Counted from the first letter of the stretch, positions 19,692 to 29,955 are shown. The stretch: DNA of 64,000 bases from Promethearchaeota archaeon (GCA_014728035.1 WJMJ01000071.1:32001-96000), one strand, 5' to 3'. Program-made: numbers and translations. Notes: generated by a model from the letters alone, not told the origin.

Positions 19692-20660
19692 ATGGAAATT
19701 GACTCAGGACCTGATCCATTTGCTCCCGATGACGCTCAAGCTAATGCGTATAAGGTTGGAGCAATAGAATCAGTTTCAAGAACATTCAATCTATTCTTCA
19801 GGAAATTTGGAACATACGCACTAGTTGGTCTTGCCTCTGCAATATATGCACTAATTGTAGTCATGACTCTATTAGCAATTCTACCACCCCTCGATTTCGA
19901 GACCCTTAGTGCAATTATCAACGCTCAGGGTGACTTAGTTGCAATATTTACATTACTATGGGAATATCAGGCATCAACGTTAGCTACGTTCTTGCTGATA
20001 CTAGCCATCCTTGCTTTAATTGGTACAATTTATTATACCATAATAGGAGGAGCAGCAACTCAAATTGCTCTTGATAACTATGGTGCACCAAATCGTGGTG
20101 ACTTTCCTTCGTCTATATCTAAGGCAATTGGTCGAGCTCCAGCTCTAATATTGTATCAGCTTTTCATTGTCATCCTAACAGTAGTTTTGCTTCTGCCAGG
20201 GTCTATTGCCATCGCACCCTTATTCGAGTTGGACCCATATAACATTGACATGGCTGCTCTAGAAGCTGCTATGACTGGAGCTCTACTCCTGCTTGTTGGC
20301 ACAGTCATTCTCTTCTATATCACAATTCGATTGATTCCAACAATTGCAGTGATTATGGCTGAAGATGTATCAATTGTAGAAGCATTAAAACGATCATTCA
20401 ATCTGACAAGTGGCAATTTCCTTCATCTACTTGGTGCTAGAATCGTATTAGCTATTACTATAGTTGTATTTAGTTTAGTCATCGAGTTTGCGCTATTCTT
20501 CATTCCAACTGGAATAGTATACGCGATTACGGCACTGATGCTTTCAGCAATTCTTCTCACATCATTTGATTACATCTTCACAGCGGTTATTTACAAGGAT
20601 CTTAAGGCCCGTAAGACTGTTGTTGAAACGAGCGAAGGCTCAAATCAGGAATGGTGGTAA
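19692..20660 (+). CDS. multi-pass membrane protein (GDPD-membrane-domain-like)
   Basis: Several TM helices; EALKRSFNLTSGN and VIYKDLKAR motifs; GGAGG SD. Confidence 0.6.
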   Translation: MEIDSGPDPFAPDDAQANAYKVGAIESVSRTFNLFFRKFGTYALVGLASAIYALIVVMTLLAILPPLDFETLSAIINAQGDLVAIFTLLWEYQASTLATFLLILAILALIGTIYYTIIGGAATQIALDNYGAPNRGDFPSSISKAIGRAPALILYQLFIVILTVVLLLPGSIAIAPLFELDPYNIDMAALEAAMTGALLLLVGTVILFYITIRLIPTIAVIMAEDVSIVEALKRSFNLTSGNFLHLLGARIVLAITIVVFSLVIEFALFFIPTGIVYAITALMLSAILLTSFDYIFTAVIYKDLKARKTVVETSEGSNQEWW

Positions 20661-20666
20661 AATGAA

Positions 20667-20738
20667 AGGAGGCCATTGCCTCCTCTACTTTCTTTATAAT
20701 ACAAAAATAGTAGGACCCCGAGAGAGTTATTCTCTCTC
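20667..20738. terminator. two hairpins between convergent genes
   Basis: aggaggc-catt-gcctcct followed by a T-rich tract, and gagagag-ttatt-ctctctc. Confidence 0.5.
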
Positions 20739-20751
20739 AGGTATGTTTTGA

Positions 20752-22083
20752 TTATTTGAGTTTGTGTTTTTCTATAAACTCCGCAAGAACATCTTCCAGG
20801 TCTGGTTTTCCTATTTCTTGAAGGTTATACTTTACTCGCACACTTGGAGTTTTTATTTTGATAAGTTTAGCAAGATCTATTGGAGTACCAATCACAATAG
20901 CGTCTACATCTGCTTCATTGATAGTATTCTCAAGATCTTTCATCTGTTCCTTTCCATAACCCATTGCAGGTAGAACATCTTCTAGGTGATCGTATTTCTG
21001 GAAAGTTTCAATAATGCTGCCTTTTGCATAAGGCCGTGGGTCTACGATAATTGCTCCAGCTTTTCTAGCAGCTATATACCCAGCTCCATAAGGCATATCC
21101 CCATGAGTTACTGTTGGACCATCTTCAACCACAATTACTCTTTTACCTTTGATTTTAGAAATGTCCTCTATGACCAAAGGTGATGCTGCATCAATAATGA
21201 TTGCTTCCGGATTAACCTCCATGACATTTTCGCGAACTTCTTCCACATTCTCGTAATCTGCAGTTTCGACTTTATTGATGATTACAACATCCGCCATACG
21301 TAGATTTGTTTCTCCAGGATAATATGATATTTCATGACCTGGTCTGTGTGGATCTACAAGCACAATAAGAAGATCGGGTTTGTAGAATGGAAAGTCATTG
21401 TTTCCACCATCCCACGTAATGACATCTGCTTCTTCTTCTGCTTGTTCCAGTATCTTTCCATAGTCGACTCCCGCATAAAGGATTACTCCCATGTTTATCA
21501 TGGGTTCATACTCTTCTCGTTCTTCAATGGTACAATTGTATCTGTCCATGTCCTCTAGTTTTTCATATCTTTGAGCTATCTGTGTTGTAAGGTCAGGATC
21601 GTAGGGCATTGGATGTCTGATATTTACTGGCTTGACTCCCATATCCACCAAAATTTGATTTACTCGTCGAGAAGTCTGACTTTTTCCACAACCCGTTCTG
21701 ACAGCACAAACTGCAACAACTGGTTTCTTGCTTTCGATCATAGTGGTTTTGGTTCCCATTAATCTTATGTCAGCACCCAGTGAGTTAACCCATGCAATCT
21801 TTTCTCCAACTGTATCATACGGTAAGTCTGAATACGCCAGAATGCATTGTTCAACTTCGAATTTCTCAATTAGTTCTGGAAGATTTTCTTCTGGATAGAT
21901 CTTTATTCCCTCCGGATAGAGCTTACCTGAAAGCTCAGGAGGATACATTCTATCTTCTATTCCAGGAATCTGCTCAGCGGTGAACGCAACCACTTCATAA
22001 TCTTCATTGTCCCTGAAGAAAACATTGAAGTTGTGAAAGTCACGTCCGGCTGCACCCATTATGATTACTTTTTTCCTGCTCAT
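20752..22083 (-). CDS. cyclic 2,3-diphosphoglycerate synthetase-like P-loop NTPase; probable arginine synthetase (ArcE-type)
   Basis: MGAAGRDFHNFN, AVRTGCGKSQT, RHPMPY, TIEEREEYE, WDGGNNDFPF, VEDGPTVTHG. ATG at 22083. Confidence 0.75.
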   Translation of the reverse strand: MSRKKVIIMGAAGRDFHNFNVFFRDNEDYEVVAFTAEQIPGIEDRMYPPELSGKLYPEGIKIYPEENLPELIEKFEVEQCILAYSDLPYDTVGEKIAWVNSLGADIRLMGTKTTMIESKKPVVAVCAVRTGCGKSQTSRRVNQILVDMGVKPVNIRHPMPYDPDLTTQIAQRYEKLEDMDRYNCTIEEREEYEPMINMGVILYAGVDYGKILEQAEEEADVITWDGGNNDFPFYKPDLLIVLVDPHRPGHEISYYPGETNLRMADVVIINKVETADYENVEEVRENVMEVNPEAIIIDAASPLVIEDISKIKGKRVIVVEDGPTVTHGDMPYGAGYIAARKAGAIIVDPRPYAKGSIIETFQKYDHLEDVLPAMGYGKEQMKDLENTINEADVDAIVIGTPIDLAKLIKIKTPSVRVKYNLQEIGKPDLEDVLAEFIEKHKLK

Positions 22084-22361
22084 TCTTAGCGCCGCCTTCG
22101 AACAAGTATGAGTCTTGCCCCTCGTGGGTACGTTATGAAATTGTCGGTCACACCAATTACGCAATTTCCCTGATTTTGCCTTCGAAACTCAAAATTTAAC
22201 TCCAAAAAATCGATAATCATTCCGATTAATCTTATTTTGGATAAATTTTAAGAATGTTCGAAAAATCGCAGTTACAATACAAACACTCATATAGCTCCGG
22301 TGAGTGTTTAACTGGAAAGGTGCATTGTGGAATACCTCTTGCACAAATCCGGGGTGCAATA

Positions 22362-22913
22362 GTGAAATTAGTTGATTTAGCAGCTGAAGCAGTTAAAGTC
22401 TTGAAAGAATATGGAGAAGAAGGTATCAGAAGTGATATTCTTGCAGAACAACTTCGGACTCCGAAACGACGAGTATATGATGTTCTTGCTGTGCTGCGAG
22501 CTTTGAAATTAGTAAAGACAAATCGTAGATTTAATGGTACTACCGTTACGTGGGTAGATCCTATCAAAGATTTTGTACAACGCAATGAATATGAAGATAT
22601 CAAATCACAATTAGATGAAGAACGCCAATCCCGGAAAGATTTGCAGGTTCAAGTTGCCGAGCTGAAGGAGCAAATCCGAATCACAAAAAGCAAACTTCGT
22701 CGTGATACACCCTCCATTGAGGTATCTGAAAAAACAGAATTCAATACGACTCAACTAAGAATTCGGTCTCTTTCATCAAGTGGATTTGCTAGTGTGAAAG
22801 ATTCTGGGATGGAGGTCTACATTGAAACGCATGAACCAGGAATGGTTGTAGACCCAACTGTTAGTAAGAAAGATGAACACGAAGCTTTACTTCGGAGTCT
22901 TCAAAGAATATAA
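22362..22913 (+). CDS. E2F/DP-like winged-helix transcription factor with coiled coil
   Basis: LAEQLRTPKRRVYDVLAVLRALKLV...VTW resembles the E2F/DP RRxYD signature and is followed by heptads. GTG at 22362 with GGGGTG at 22351. Confidence 0.65.
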   Translation: MKLVDLAAEAVKVLKEYGEEGIRSDILAEQLRTPKRRVYDVLAVLRALKLVKTNRRFNGTTVTWVDPIKDFVQRNEYEDIKSQLDEERQSRKDLQVQVAELKEQIRITKSKLRRDTPSIEVSEKTEFNTTQLRIRSLSSSGFASVKDSGMEVYIETHEPGMVVDPTVSKKDEHEALLRSLQRI

Positions 22914-22921
22914 AAATAGAA

Positions 22922-23314
22922 TCACACCGTTTTCTTTATTGTGATTCTACTTCCTCTTTTAATGGATTTTATTTCTTCCAAGAGTGATTCTTCCGATGTA
23001 ATTCGACCCAAAATATTCACAGGACTAAAAGTTTTCATATCTTTTAGGTAAATACATAGAGAATCTCCTAGAGGCATATATGCGATATCTCCTTTCTTAA
23101 CTTCTTTAACAGGTTTGATGTTTCCCTTTGATATTCCCAAAGTAATCTTTAGTTCACCTCGCATAACAGCACCTCTCCCAGTGAGTGGCAACCTTACCTT
23201 GATTTCTTCTACAATAAGGGGTGCTAGAACCCGGTCCAGTGTTCCTTCAAGTGATAAACCATTTTCAAATTCAAATACTATTTTTAAGTCACTCTCGCTC
23301 ATGATACTCACCAT
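22922..23314 (-). CDS. cyclophilin-like fold protein (DUF369/TM1367-like)
   Basis: APLIVE, LPL, GDIAYMPLGDSLCIYL, SPVNILGRI. Confidence 0.75.
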   Translation of the reverse strand: MVSIMSESDLKIVFEFENGLSLEGTLDRVLAPLIVEEIKVRLPLTGRGAVMRGELKITLGISKGNIKPVKEVKKGDIAYMPLGDSLCIYLKDMKTFSPVNILGRITSEESLLEEIKSIKRGSRITIKKTV

Positions 23315-23320
23315 CTAGTA

Positions 23321-24532
23321 GTGTGTTCATCCCTAAAACCTTCTGCTTTCATCAGCAAAGGCTTAATTGGAAACACATCCATTTTTCAATTGGAGTGGAT
23401 CGGGCTGGTTAAGACTCGTTTGGATGTTGCTTTCGTCGTAGATACGACAGGTTCAATGAAAGATGATATTAGCGCTGTAAAGGATAGTTTGTTTGATATC
23501 GTTGACAAAATCGTGAGAAAAACGGAAGATTTGGAATTTCGTTTTGGAATTGTTTCATATAGAGACCATCCACCACAAGACAGGTCTTATGTTACAAAAG
23601 TCTTCGATTTCACAGATGACATCAAAGAAGTTCACAAGAAAATATCAAAGCTAAAACCTTCTGAGGGCGGGGACACACCAGAGGCAGTTGCAGATGGTAT
23701 ACATGATGCTAGAACCAAATTAAGTTGGGGCGTCGATGCGTATAAGGTTCTTCTCTTGGTTGGAGATGCTCCTCCTCACGGAAGTAGATATAATTCACTG
23801 GGTGACGACTATTTTTCTCGTGGATGTCCTGAAGGGTATGATCCCTGCGATGAAGTTATCCAATTGAAAAAGGAATATGGTTCAACAGTCTTTATTTTCG
23901 TAGTTGGATGCAATCCATTGGTAGAAGAATCTTTCAGAACCATCGCAGATTCTGTCGAAGATGGCAAGTATTTTTCACTACATGAAGCAGATGAGCTTCC
24001 GGTGGCAATACTGGAAATTCTTGAAGGTGTTAGTGATCTAATTGAAGCTGACCGTAGAGTATTGACATATTATGAATCCCATGATGGTGTTTTTGACTTA
24101 CCTGAAGCAGCATCAAATATTGGAATGACTTTACGTGAATTAAAGACCTCTCTCTCGCGGCTGATTGAACTAGAACGAATTCCTCGTTGGCCAAAGGGCA
24201 GACCGTTATCTCCCAGTCAAATGGGAATAAAGGTAGACCTTGGAACAGTTCCAGATGCGATAGTTGGAGGAAAACCGTTTAAGTACTCCCTCCGTGTTAT
24301 GAACCCAAGTGCGACGATACTGAGTATTCGGGTTATTGTGTCTCTTGTCACATCAGAAGGTGTATCAGAAGTGACAAATGAACGTCACGATATTAGTCCT
24401 AGATCAGATAACCAGCTTGATCTGAAGCTAATTCCAATGTCTTTCGATGTAGGAAAGGCGAATATCAAAGTTGAAGTTCTCTACGGTTCTAAATCTATTG
24501 CAAGTCAAATCTATTCTACAAGATTGCATTAG
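23321..24532 (+). CDS. vWA domain + winged-helix + Ig-like domain protein (true start probably further downstream)
   Basis: MIDAS DTTGS, YRDHPPQD, GGDTPEAV, VGDAPPHG; then an HTH-like segment and a beta-rich C-terminus. Confidence 0.8.
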   Translation: MCSSLKPSAFISKGLIGNTSIFQLEWIGLVKTRLDVAFVVDTTGSMKDDISAVKDSLFDIVDKIVRKTEDLEFRFGIVSYRDHPPQDRSYVTKVFDFTDDIKEVHKKISKLKPSEGGDTPEAVADGIHDARTKLSWGVDAYKVLLLVGDAPPHGSRYNSLGDDYFSRGCPEGYDPCDEVIQLKKEYGSTVFIFVVGCNPLVEESFRTIADSVEDGKYFSLHEADELPVAILEILEGVSDLIEADRRVLTYYESHDGVFDLPEAASNIGMTLRELKTSLSRLIELERIPRWPKGRPLSPSQMGIKVDLGTVPDAIVGGKPFKYSLRVMNPSATILSIRVIVSLVTSEGVSEVTNERHDISPRSDNQLDLKLIPMSFDVGKANIKVEVLYGSKSIASQIYSTRLH

Positions 24533-24538
24533 TTACTG

Positions 24539-25681
24539 GTGTGTACAATGAATCTGCAAGCTATTATGGGTAGAAATCAACAAGGAATATGCTTTGTTTC
24601 AAAGTCAGTTAGTTTTTCTGATTACGTGACTATATCATCAAAACATCAAATTGTAATATCAGAAATTCGAAAATCAGAAAAAGTTCCTGAAGGGTCAATT
24701 GTGATTGATTCTAGGTTGTGGTTTTCTCTTGATATATCCCAGGATAAACTTGTTTCAGTTAAGAATCACGAAGCTGTACCTAAAATTCATACATTGACAT
24801 TAATAGCTACATCTGTAAATCCTGAAATTCCGCATCATGAAGTCGTTGAAGAGATGCGAAATAGAATTGATGATTTCAAAGATGATCTACATGGGCTTGT
24901 TGTAAGAGTTGGGCAAAAGATTCCTGTTCCACGTGTTGATGTTGAAATTACTATTTCAGAGATTGCACCTATTTCATCTGATGGATACGCACAGATAGAC
25001 TGGGATAATGTGTTCAAATTCGTTATCTCTCCAGGTTCAGTTTGTCCTCCATTTAACTTATCTTGCGTAATAGATTGTGGGGCATCATCACATAAGAAAG
25101 ATATTTTTCAAGTAATCGATGGAGTATCTAATTTGGTCAGTCGATTTGATGCTGTCACTACACTTATTGTCAACCTATTAGAAACCATTCTCATTCAAAA
25201 AGACAGTCATCTTCTTTCTATGATTTGCTTTTCATCTCACCTTGATATAATGCATACGTTTGATTCCATTACAGGAGCTGAAACAGCTGTATCTAGTATT
25301 GAATCTCCCGATATCATTGAAATTGTTAAAGAGTGGTTTTATGAGAAATTGGAAGTACATAGAACTGAGCCATCAAATCCATGTATTGGTCTCGAAAAAG
25401 GGATTGATTTAGCAAAAATTCAACACAAAATGAATAATCATCCCACAATTGTTCTATTCTTTTCTAGTGGGTCTTATTCTGAAGGTCGAAATCCGGTTTT
25501 TTGTTCACAAACAAATCATAATAGAATTTCTGTTTGCACTATTGGAATTGGTGAACATGCTGACCAAGAGTTATTACAGGGAATTGCTGAATCTGGAAAA
25601 GGGGTTCATCAAGATTATGTGAATCTTGAACAAATACCCAAAATAATTTCGAAAATTAAAGAGTTCATTTCAGGTATATAG
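24539..25681 (+). CDS. Cdc48-N-like + degenerate vWA protein
   Basis: Paralogous to 31522-32799 (EIRKS, PFN..IDCGAS, VSR, PTIVLFFSSG, IGIGE..DQELL). Confidence 0.65.
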   Translation: MCTMNLQAIMGRNQQGICFVSKSVSFSDYVTISSKHQIVISEIRKSEKVPEGSIVIDSRLWFSLDISQDKLVSVKNHEAVPKIHTLTLIATSVNPEIPHHEVVEEMRNRIDDFKDDLHGLVVRVGQKIPVPRVDVEITISEIAPISSDGYAQIDWDNVFKFVISPGSVCPPFNLSCVIDCGASSHKKDIFQVIDGVSNLVSRFDAVTTLIVNLLETILIQKDSHLLSMICFSSHLDIMHTFDSITGAETAVSSIESPDIIEIVKEWFYEKLEVHRTEPSNPCIGLEKGIDLAKIQHKMNNHPTIVLFFSSGSYSEGRNPVFCSQTNHNRISVCTIGIGEHADQELLQGIAESGKGVHQDYVNLEQIPKIISKIKEFISGI

Positions 25682-25686
25682 GAGAT

Positions 25687-26916
25687 GTGACGATGACTGA
25701 GGAATTAATGACCCGCTTACATGCGTTGTATCTGAGTGAAGAAATATCTGGGTACATATGCTCAAAACTCTCTGATTCATCAGTGAATCCAGGGTGGGTT
25801 GAGAGTGGCCTCATTTTGAAGGGCTTTGAGGGTCTCCTAAAAGATGAATCTATTCAGCAAGAATATGTCATTCCCACTGAACAAAGTATCAATCTTATGA
25901 TAGATCGAGGTATGGACTTGGTAAACAAGACCGGTCTTATTATCGTAGGAAGTCAAGGAATAATCTCAGAAAAACTTGCTATTTTGTTTACCGACGACAA
26001 GAAGAAACCAAATAGAAAACTGGCAATTGCATTTCGCTTGGAAGGATATACTCCTCAGGATATAGGCCGACTTATTTCCAAATATGAATTGGAAATCCCT
26101 CTGATGAGTGAATTTCACGAGCCCAATATTGATTATATTGAACAATTGAAAATAGATGTTGGCAATGGGTATGTAACTGATGCATTTGCTCTATCTATGC
26201 CTCGAGGAAAAATCAATCCTACAAAATGGATTCAAGAGTCTCTGGAAGAAAAATCAGATGATGTTATCTTCAGAACTAATAAATTAGAAATGTCTCCAAT
26301 CTTTGCATTACTTTTCAGTTCATGGATACTAGATTTTAAGGCGTATCAAGAGCTGAAGAAGGGTATTATCGCAGCTGTATTTATGCAAGAATCACATAAC
26401 GAAATGATCATTTGGGACTCTTCTCGGAAATATGCAATATTTGCAGTGATTAATGATATATCTCTGGAAGAAATCACTCATAGATACTTACTTTCATCAT
26501 GGCTTAGCACAAAAGAAAAAATGAAACCTCCCTCAAAAACCAAAGAGGTAGTCTTAGAAACAGAGACAGTAGATACACCAACGCGTCCAATCGTATCAGC
26601 TAAGAGAGATAAAACGAGTACAAAGGAGCATGTGATCCAAGAGAGGATTGATGCGATATCAACAAAGATTGAAAAATTGGAAGCTGCTGAGATGAGTAGA
26701 CGGCTTGGTATTATTGAAAAGAATTTAGAAGAATTGAAAGCATCTGAAGAATCTCATGATGCAATTTCTCTCAGTCCTGATATCACTACCATGATTGATG
26801 TATTTAGAAAGCGAATTGATTCCGTTGTTATGAGATTAGAACGGTTAGTTGAACGTTTGGATGACACTGAAAGAAGACTCGGTTCAAAAATAGGGGGTCA
26901 AATAGATGACAAATAA
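25687..26916 (+). CDS. hypothetical protein with C-terminal coiled coil
   Basis: 409-aa ORF in the operon, GGAG SD, heptad-rich C-terminus. Confidence 0.6.
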   Translation: MTMTEELMTRLHALYLSEEISGYICSKLSDSSVNPGWVESGLILKGFEGLLKDESIQQEYVIPTEQSINLMIDRGMDLVNKTGLIIVGSQGIISEKLAILFTDDKKKPNRKLAIAFRLEGYTPQDIGRLISKYELEIPLMSEFHEPNIDYIEQLKIDVGNGYVTDAFALSMPRGKINPTKWIQESLEEKSDDVIFRTNKLEMSPIFALLFSSWILDFKAYQELKKGIIAAVFMQESHNEMIIWDSSRKYAIFAVINDISLEEITHRYLLSSWLSTKEKMKPPSKTKEVVLETETVDTPTRPIVSAKRDKTSTKEHVIQERIDAISTKIEKLEAAEMSRRLGIIEKNLEELKASEESHDAISLSPDITTMIDVFRKRIDSVVMRLERLVERLDDTERRLGSKIGGQIDDK

Positions 26917-27175
26917 TCATAATCGTTTGGAAATATTATTTAGAAGATTGAAAAATCTTCAGTCCATCCTGAGCCGTATTACGAATGCTGAGAACCTTCT
27001 AAATGCATTTATGCAATCAGAATCCGGTGAATCATTGCACTCGGATGATTCAGCTGAAAGAATGAAGGGGATTCTTATTACTTTGGAAGAACTAGATGAA
27101 ATAATATATCGCGCAGAGGTAGAAGTAGATATCATGGAGGATCGGATAACTGCTCTCCAGGAAGTTGAAAGTTAG
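26906..27175 (+). CDS. small coiled-coil protein
   Basis: 89 aa, overlaps the upstream gene by 11 nt, helical hairpin pattern. Confidence 0.55.
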   Translation: MTNNHNRLEILFRRLKNLQSILSRITNAENLLNAFMQSESGESLHSDDSAERMKGILITLEELDEIIYRAEVEVDIMEDRITALQEVES

Positions 27176-29820
27176 ACTGATTTTCTTCTATTCACAAGAT
27201 CATAGACTGAAGAAACCAAATAGCCTGTAAAGCTATGAATTGAAAACTGTCGTATTGGAATTATTGAAGCATTAAGAGTTGTAAAGTAATCTTCTACTTT
27301 ACTTTGGTCAAAATCACTCCCAACTCCAAAATATTCAATATGGTATTGTTGAGTTTTTGATATTGCACGTAAAAAGGGACTTGGGTCGGTATCTCCAATA
27401 TCTAAATCATTGCCAATCATGCATACAAGAGTTGGTCTTTCGTTTCCAATATCTTCCATCATTTCCGCCACCGAACGGAATGCTAATGTGAAGTTATCTT
27501 CTCCTATCGGCTCTTTGTATGCATCGAGAATTGTGTAAATTAAAGCGGTTAGAACTTCTTCAGATTGCATATCATTAGAAAACGTGACGAATTCTTGAAC
27601 TATCTCTCCTCTTTGAATTGAGAATTTATCTACATTATCAGTCACAATACAAAGACCCAGCTTACCTTCACTTTGGTTGTCAATGAAAGCTTCAATTATC
27701 TGTAGAGCTATAAGACATGAAAGTTCCGCTCTAGAGATTTCACTTCCTAATCCTTCTAGAAATGATTTCAATTCTGGTACGAGGTCTACCAATCTATTAA
27801 ATCCGTTCCTAACAGAGTAAACTGTCTTTAATGGAATATCTTTGATATTCATTCCTTCATCTAAAACAATGCAAATTATTACATTGAGGTTATTGGTGGT
27901 CTGTAAAGGAGTAAATTCAATCTCTTGATATGGCACACGACCTAATTGTCCGATATCCAGGGGCGGTTCAGTTTTTTGAAGTGTTAGATATATTGGAGTT
28001 GGTTTGGTTTCAAACCATATCTTGTTTCCTTTTCCGTGAAGCCGGTTCGCTAATACTTCTTTGATTGCTTTCTCATGTAAATGTACGTAGGAAATCATTT
28101 CAGCATCTGATAGATTTCCAGGGGATTCATATGCAAACACTGCCTTTTGGATGTCATATACAAAACCATCGTATTTCACTAAATCAACCCTGGAATCTTT
28201 CTTCAAACGCATCAGGGTTGCATCATCATTTGATATCAGAACTTTCCTACTAGGACAATCTCCTTGGATTCCTACTTTACTTGGCCACCACTGACCAGAA
28301 ACGGTCTCAAGTATTAGTACTAGTTCATCTTCTTTGAGACCTAGGTCATTCAAATCTTTACTGCACAAGAATATGGTTCCATGATTCTGATGGGTTCTTT
28401 CAATTTCAAATTGAAGTGCAGGTAAAACCTCATGAGGGTTCTTTACACCAAGGATATCTAGTAATACTGGATTGAGATTACTCAACTTCGTTGGAGAATC
28501 AAAGAGGACAGCTCTTTGTTTTGCTTGTCCTATTATGGTACTGTAAAATATATCAAAATCTCGTGTTCGCATATCCATTCCTGTTTCTCTGTCCCATCCA
28601 GATATTATAGTAGAACCATCCTTCTCGAGAATCAACGCAAAACTCGATGCTGTTTTAGATGCTGGATCTTTTGCTGTAACAGCAACTTGATCCAGATTTA
28701 TTGTGCCTCCCATATCTCGAAGAGTGTGATCGACCGAAATAATTCCTTGAATTTGTTTAGCAGCTAAAACTTGTGAGATTCTTGATATCTCGGATATGAC
28801 TGACTTTCCTAACTTGGATTGTGCAATAAGACTTGTTCGACTCTCATTATATTGTAAATAGGGTGGTCTCATCGGGAGCAAAGATAGCAAATTTCCAGCA
28901 AGAATTCGTTGTATTTCCTTCGGAGCAGCATCTAAACTTTTGCTTAGAATGAAGCTTAATATTTCTGCAATACCGTCGCCTTTCTTTGTTTCAGGATAGG
29001 AACTAGAAAAGATGATTCTTGATGACCAATCAATCTTAGACTTTTTCTTTAGATGTTTGATGAGCATGTTTAATGAGCCAATAGTCGCTCCTGAAGTTGT
29101 AATTCTAACATGGGGGATATCCAGTAACCTTAGTATGTCCTTTCCCCATATCTTATGATCTCTTATACTCAAAACAAGTTTTGGAAATTTCAGCCCTGCA
29201 TCCTTGATAAAGATAATCCACTTTAATAATTTATCAAGGTCTTGAGGTGTGTTGATAAGTACAAATATTGGCAGCCCTGACCGAATATACTCTAATAGAT
29301 ACGACCTATTTGGTCCTTTGATTACATTATCCAATTCTTTAGCATCAATTCTACATGACCATCCTGGTGGATTCCGAAGCTCAAAACTCATCTCCTGCAT
29401 ATAATAGAATCTTGGACTATATGGTGGTTCCATTGATATTCTGTAGATATATTCCGTATTCGCAATTTGTTGATTTCGTGGTAGTGGAGAGTCTACGATT
29501 TTTAACAATGGATTAATGAAGAATAAGTCTATCAGCCAGTTATGTTCTTCTCTCTTCATTACATTTTTATATAGTTCACTTAGGATAGGTGGTCTTGTAA
29601 GATAACCATAAGCTTTTCTTGGTGTATAACGAAAAGCAGTTGGATACTTGTTTGCAAAATCAAAGAGCTGATTTTCGACTAATTTGAAATACGAAAACAT
29701 CCTCTTAGGAGTAAATTCCCTTTTTTCCTTTCCAATTTTCACATATCCTAATTCAATGTGTGCATCAGCAACAAGGAATCTACGAATTTCGCCTACCTCA
29801 TTATCTTCTACCACAATCAT
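27172..29820 (-). CDS. fusion of degenerate amidohydrolase + Cdc48-N-like + degenerate vWA domains
   Basis: The N-half aligns by eye to 29956-31446 and the C-half to 31522-32799; metal and MIDAS ligands are substituted. Confidence 0.7.
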   Translation of the reverse strand: MIVVEDNEVGEIRRFLVADAHIELGYVKIGKEKREFTPKRMFSYFKLVENQLFDFANKYPTAFRYTPRKAYGYLTRPPILSELYKNVMKREEHNWLIDLFFINPLLKIVDSPLPRNQQIANTEYIYRISMEPPYSPRFYYMQEMSFELRNPPGWSCRIDAKELDNVIKGPNRSYLLEYIRSGLPIFVLINTPQDLDKLLKWIIFIKDAGLKFPKLVLSIRDHKIWGKDILRLLDIPHVRITTSGATIGSLNMLIKHLKKKSKIDWSSRIIFSSSYPETKKGDGIAEILSFILSKSLDAAPKEIQRILAGNLLSLLPMRPPYLQYNESRTSLIAQSKLGKSVISEISRISQVLAAKQIQGIISVDHTLRDMGGTINLDQVAVTAKDPASKTASSFALILEKDGSTIISGWDRETGMDMRTRDFDIFYSTIIGQAKQRAVLFDSPTKLSNLNPVLLDILGVKNPHEVLPALQFEIERTHQNHGTIFLCSKDLNDLGLKEDELVLILETVSGQWWPSKVGIQGDCPSRKVLISNDDATLMRLKKDSRVDLVKYDGFVYDIQKAVFAYESPGNLSDAEMISYVHLHEKAIKEVLANRLHGKGNKIWFETKPTPIYLTLQKTEPPLDIGQLGRVPYQEIEFTPLQTTNNLNVIICIVLDEGMNIKDIPLKTVYSVRNGFNRLVDLVPELKSFLEGLGSEISRAELSCLIALQIIEAFIDNQSEGKLGLCIVTDNVDKFSIQRGEIVQEFVTFSNDMQSEEVLTALIYTILDAYKEPIGEDNFTLAFRSVAEMMEDIGNERPTLVCMIGNDLDIGDTDPSPFLRAISKTQQYHIEYFGVGSDFDQSKVEDYFTTLNASIIPIRQFSIHSFTGYLVSSVYDLVNRRKSV

Positions 29821-29955
29821 TGAGTTTTCACATCGGATTATATTATTTGATTATGCTCTTGAAACGATATATGCCTACTGGGAAAAGGCGACATATTTTG
29901 TGTTTACACAATACTTTATCATCATTTTGTATCATAGACTCTTGAGGTTAGCTAT

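Noticed and set aside
22254-22361. Listed upstream ATG for the E2F-like gene
   Set aside because: The extension looks non-coding; GTG 22362 has an SD-like GGGGTG at normal spacing.
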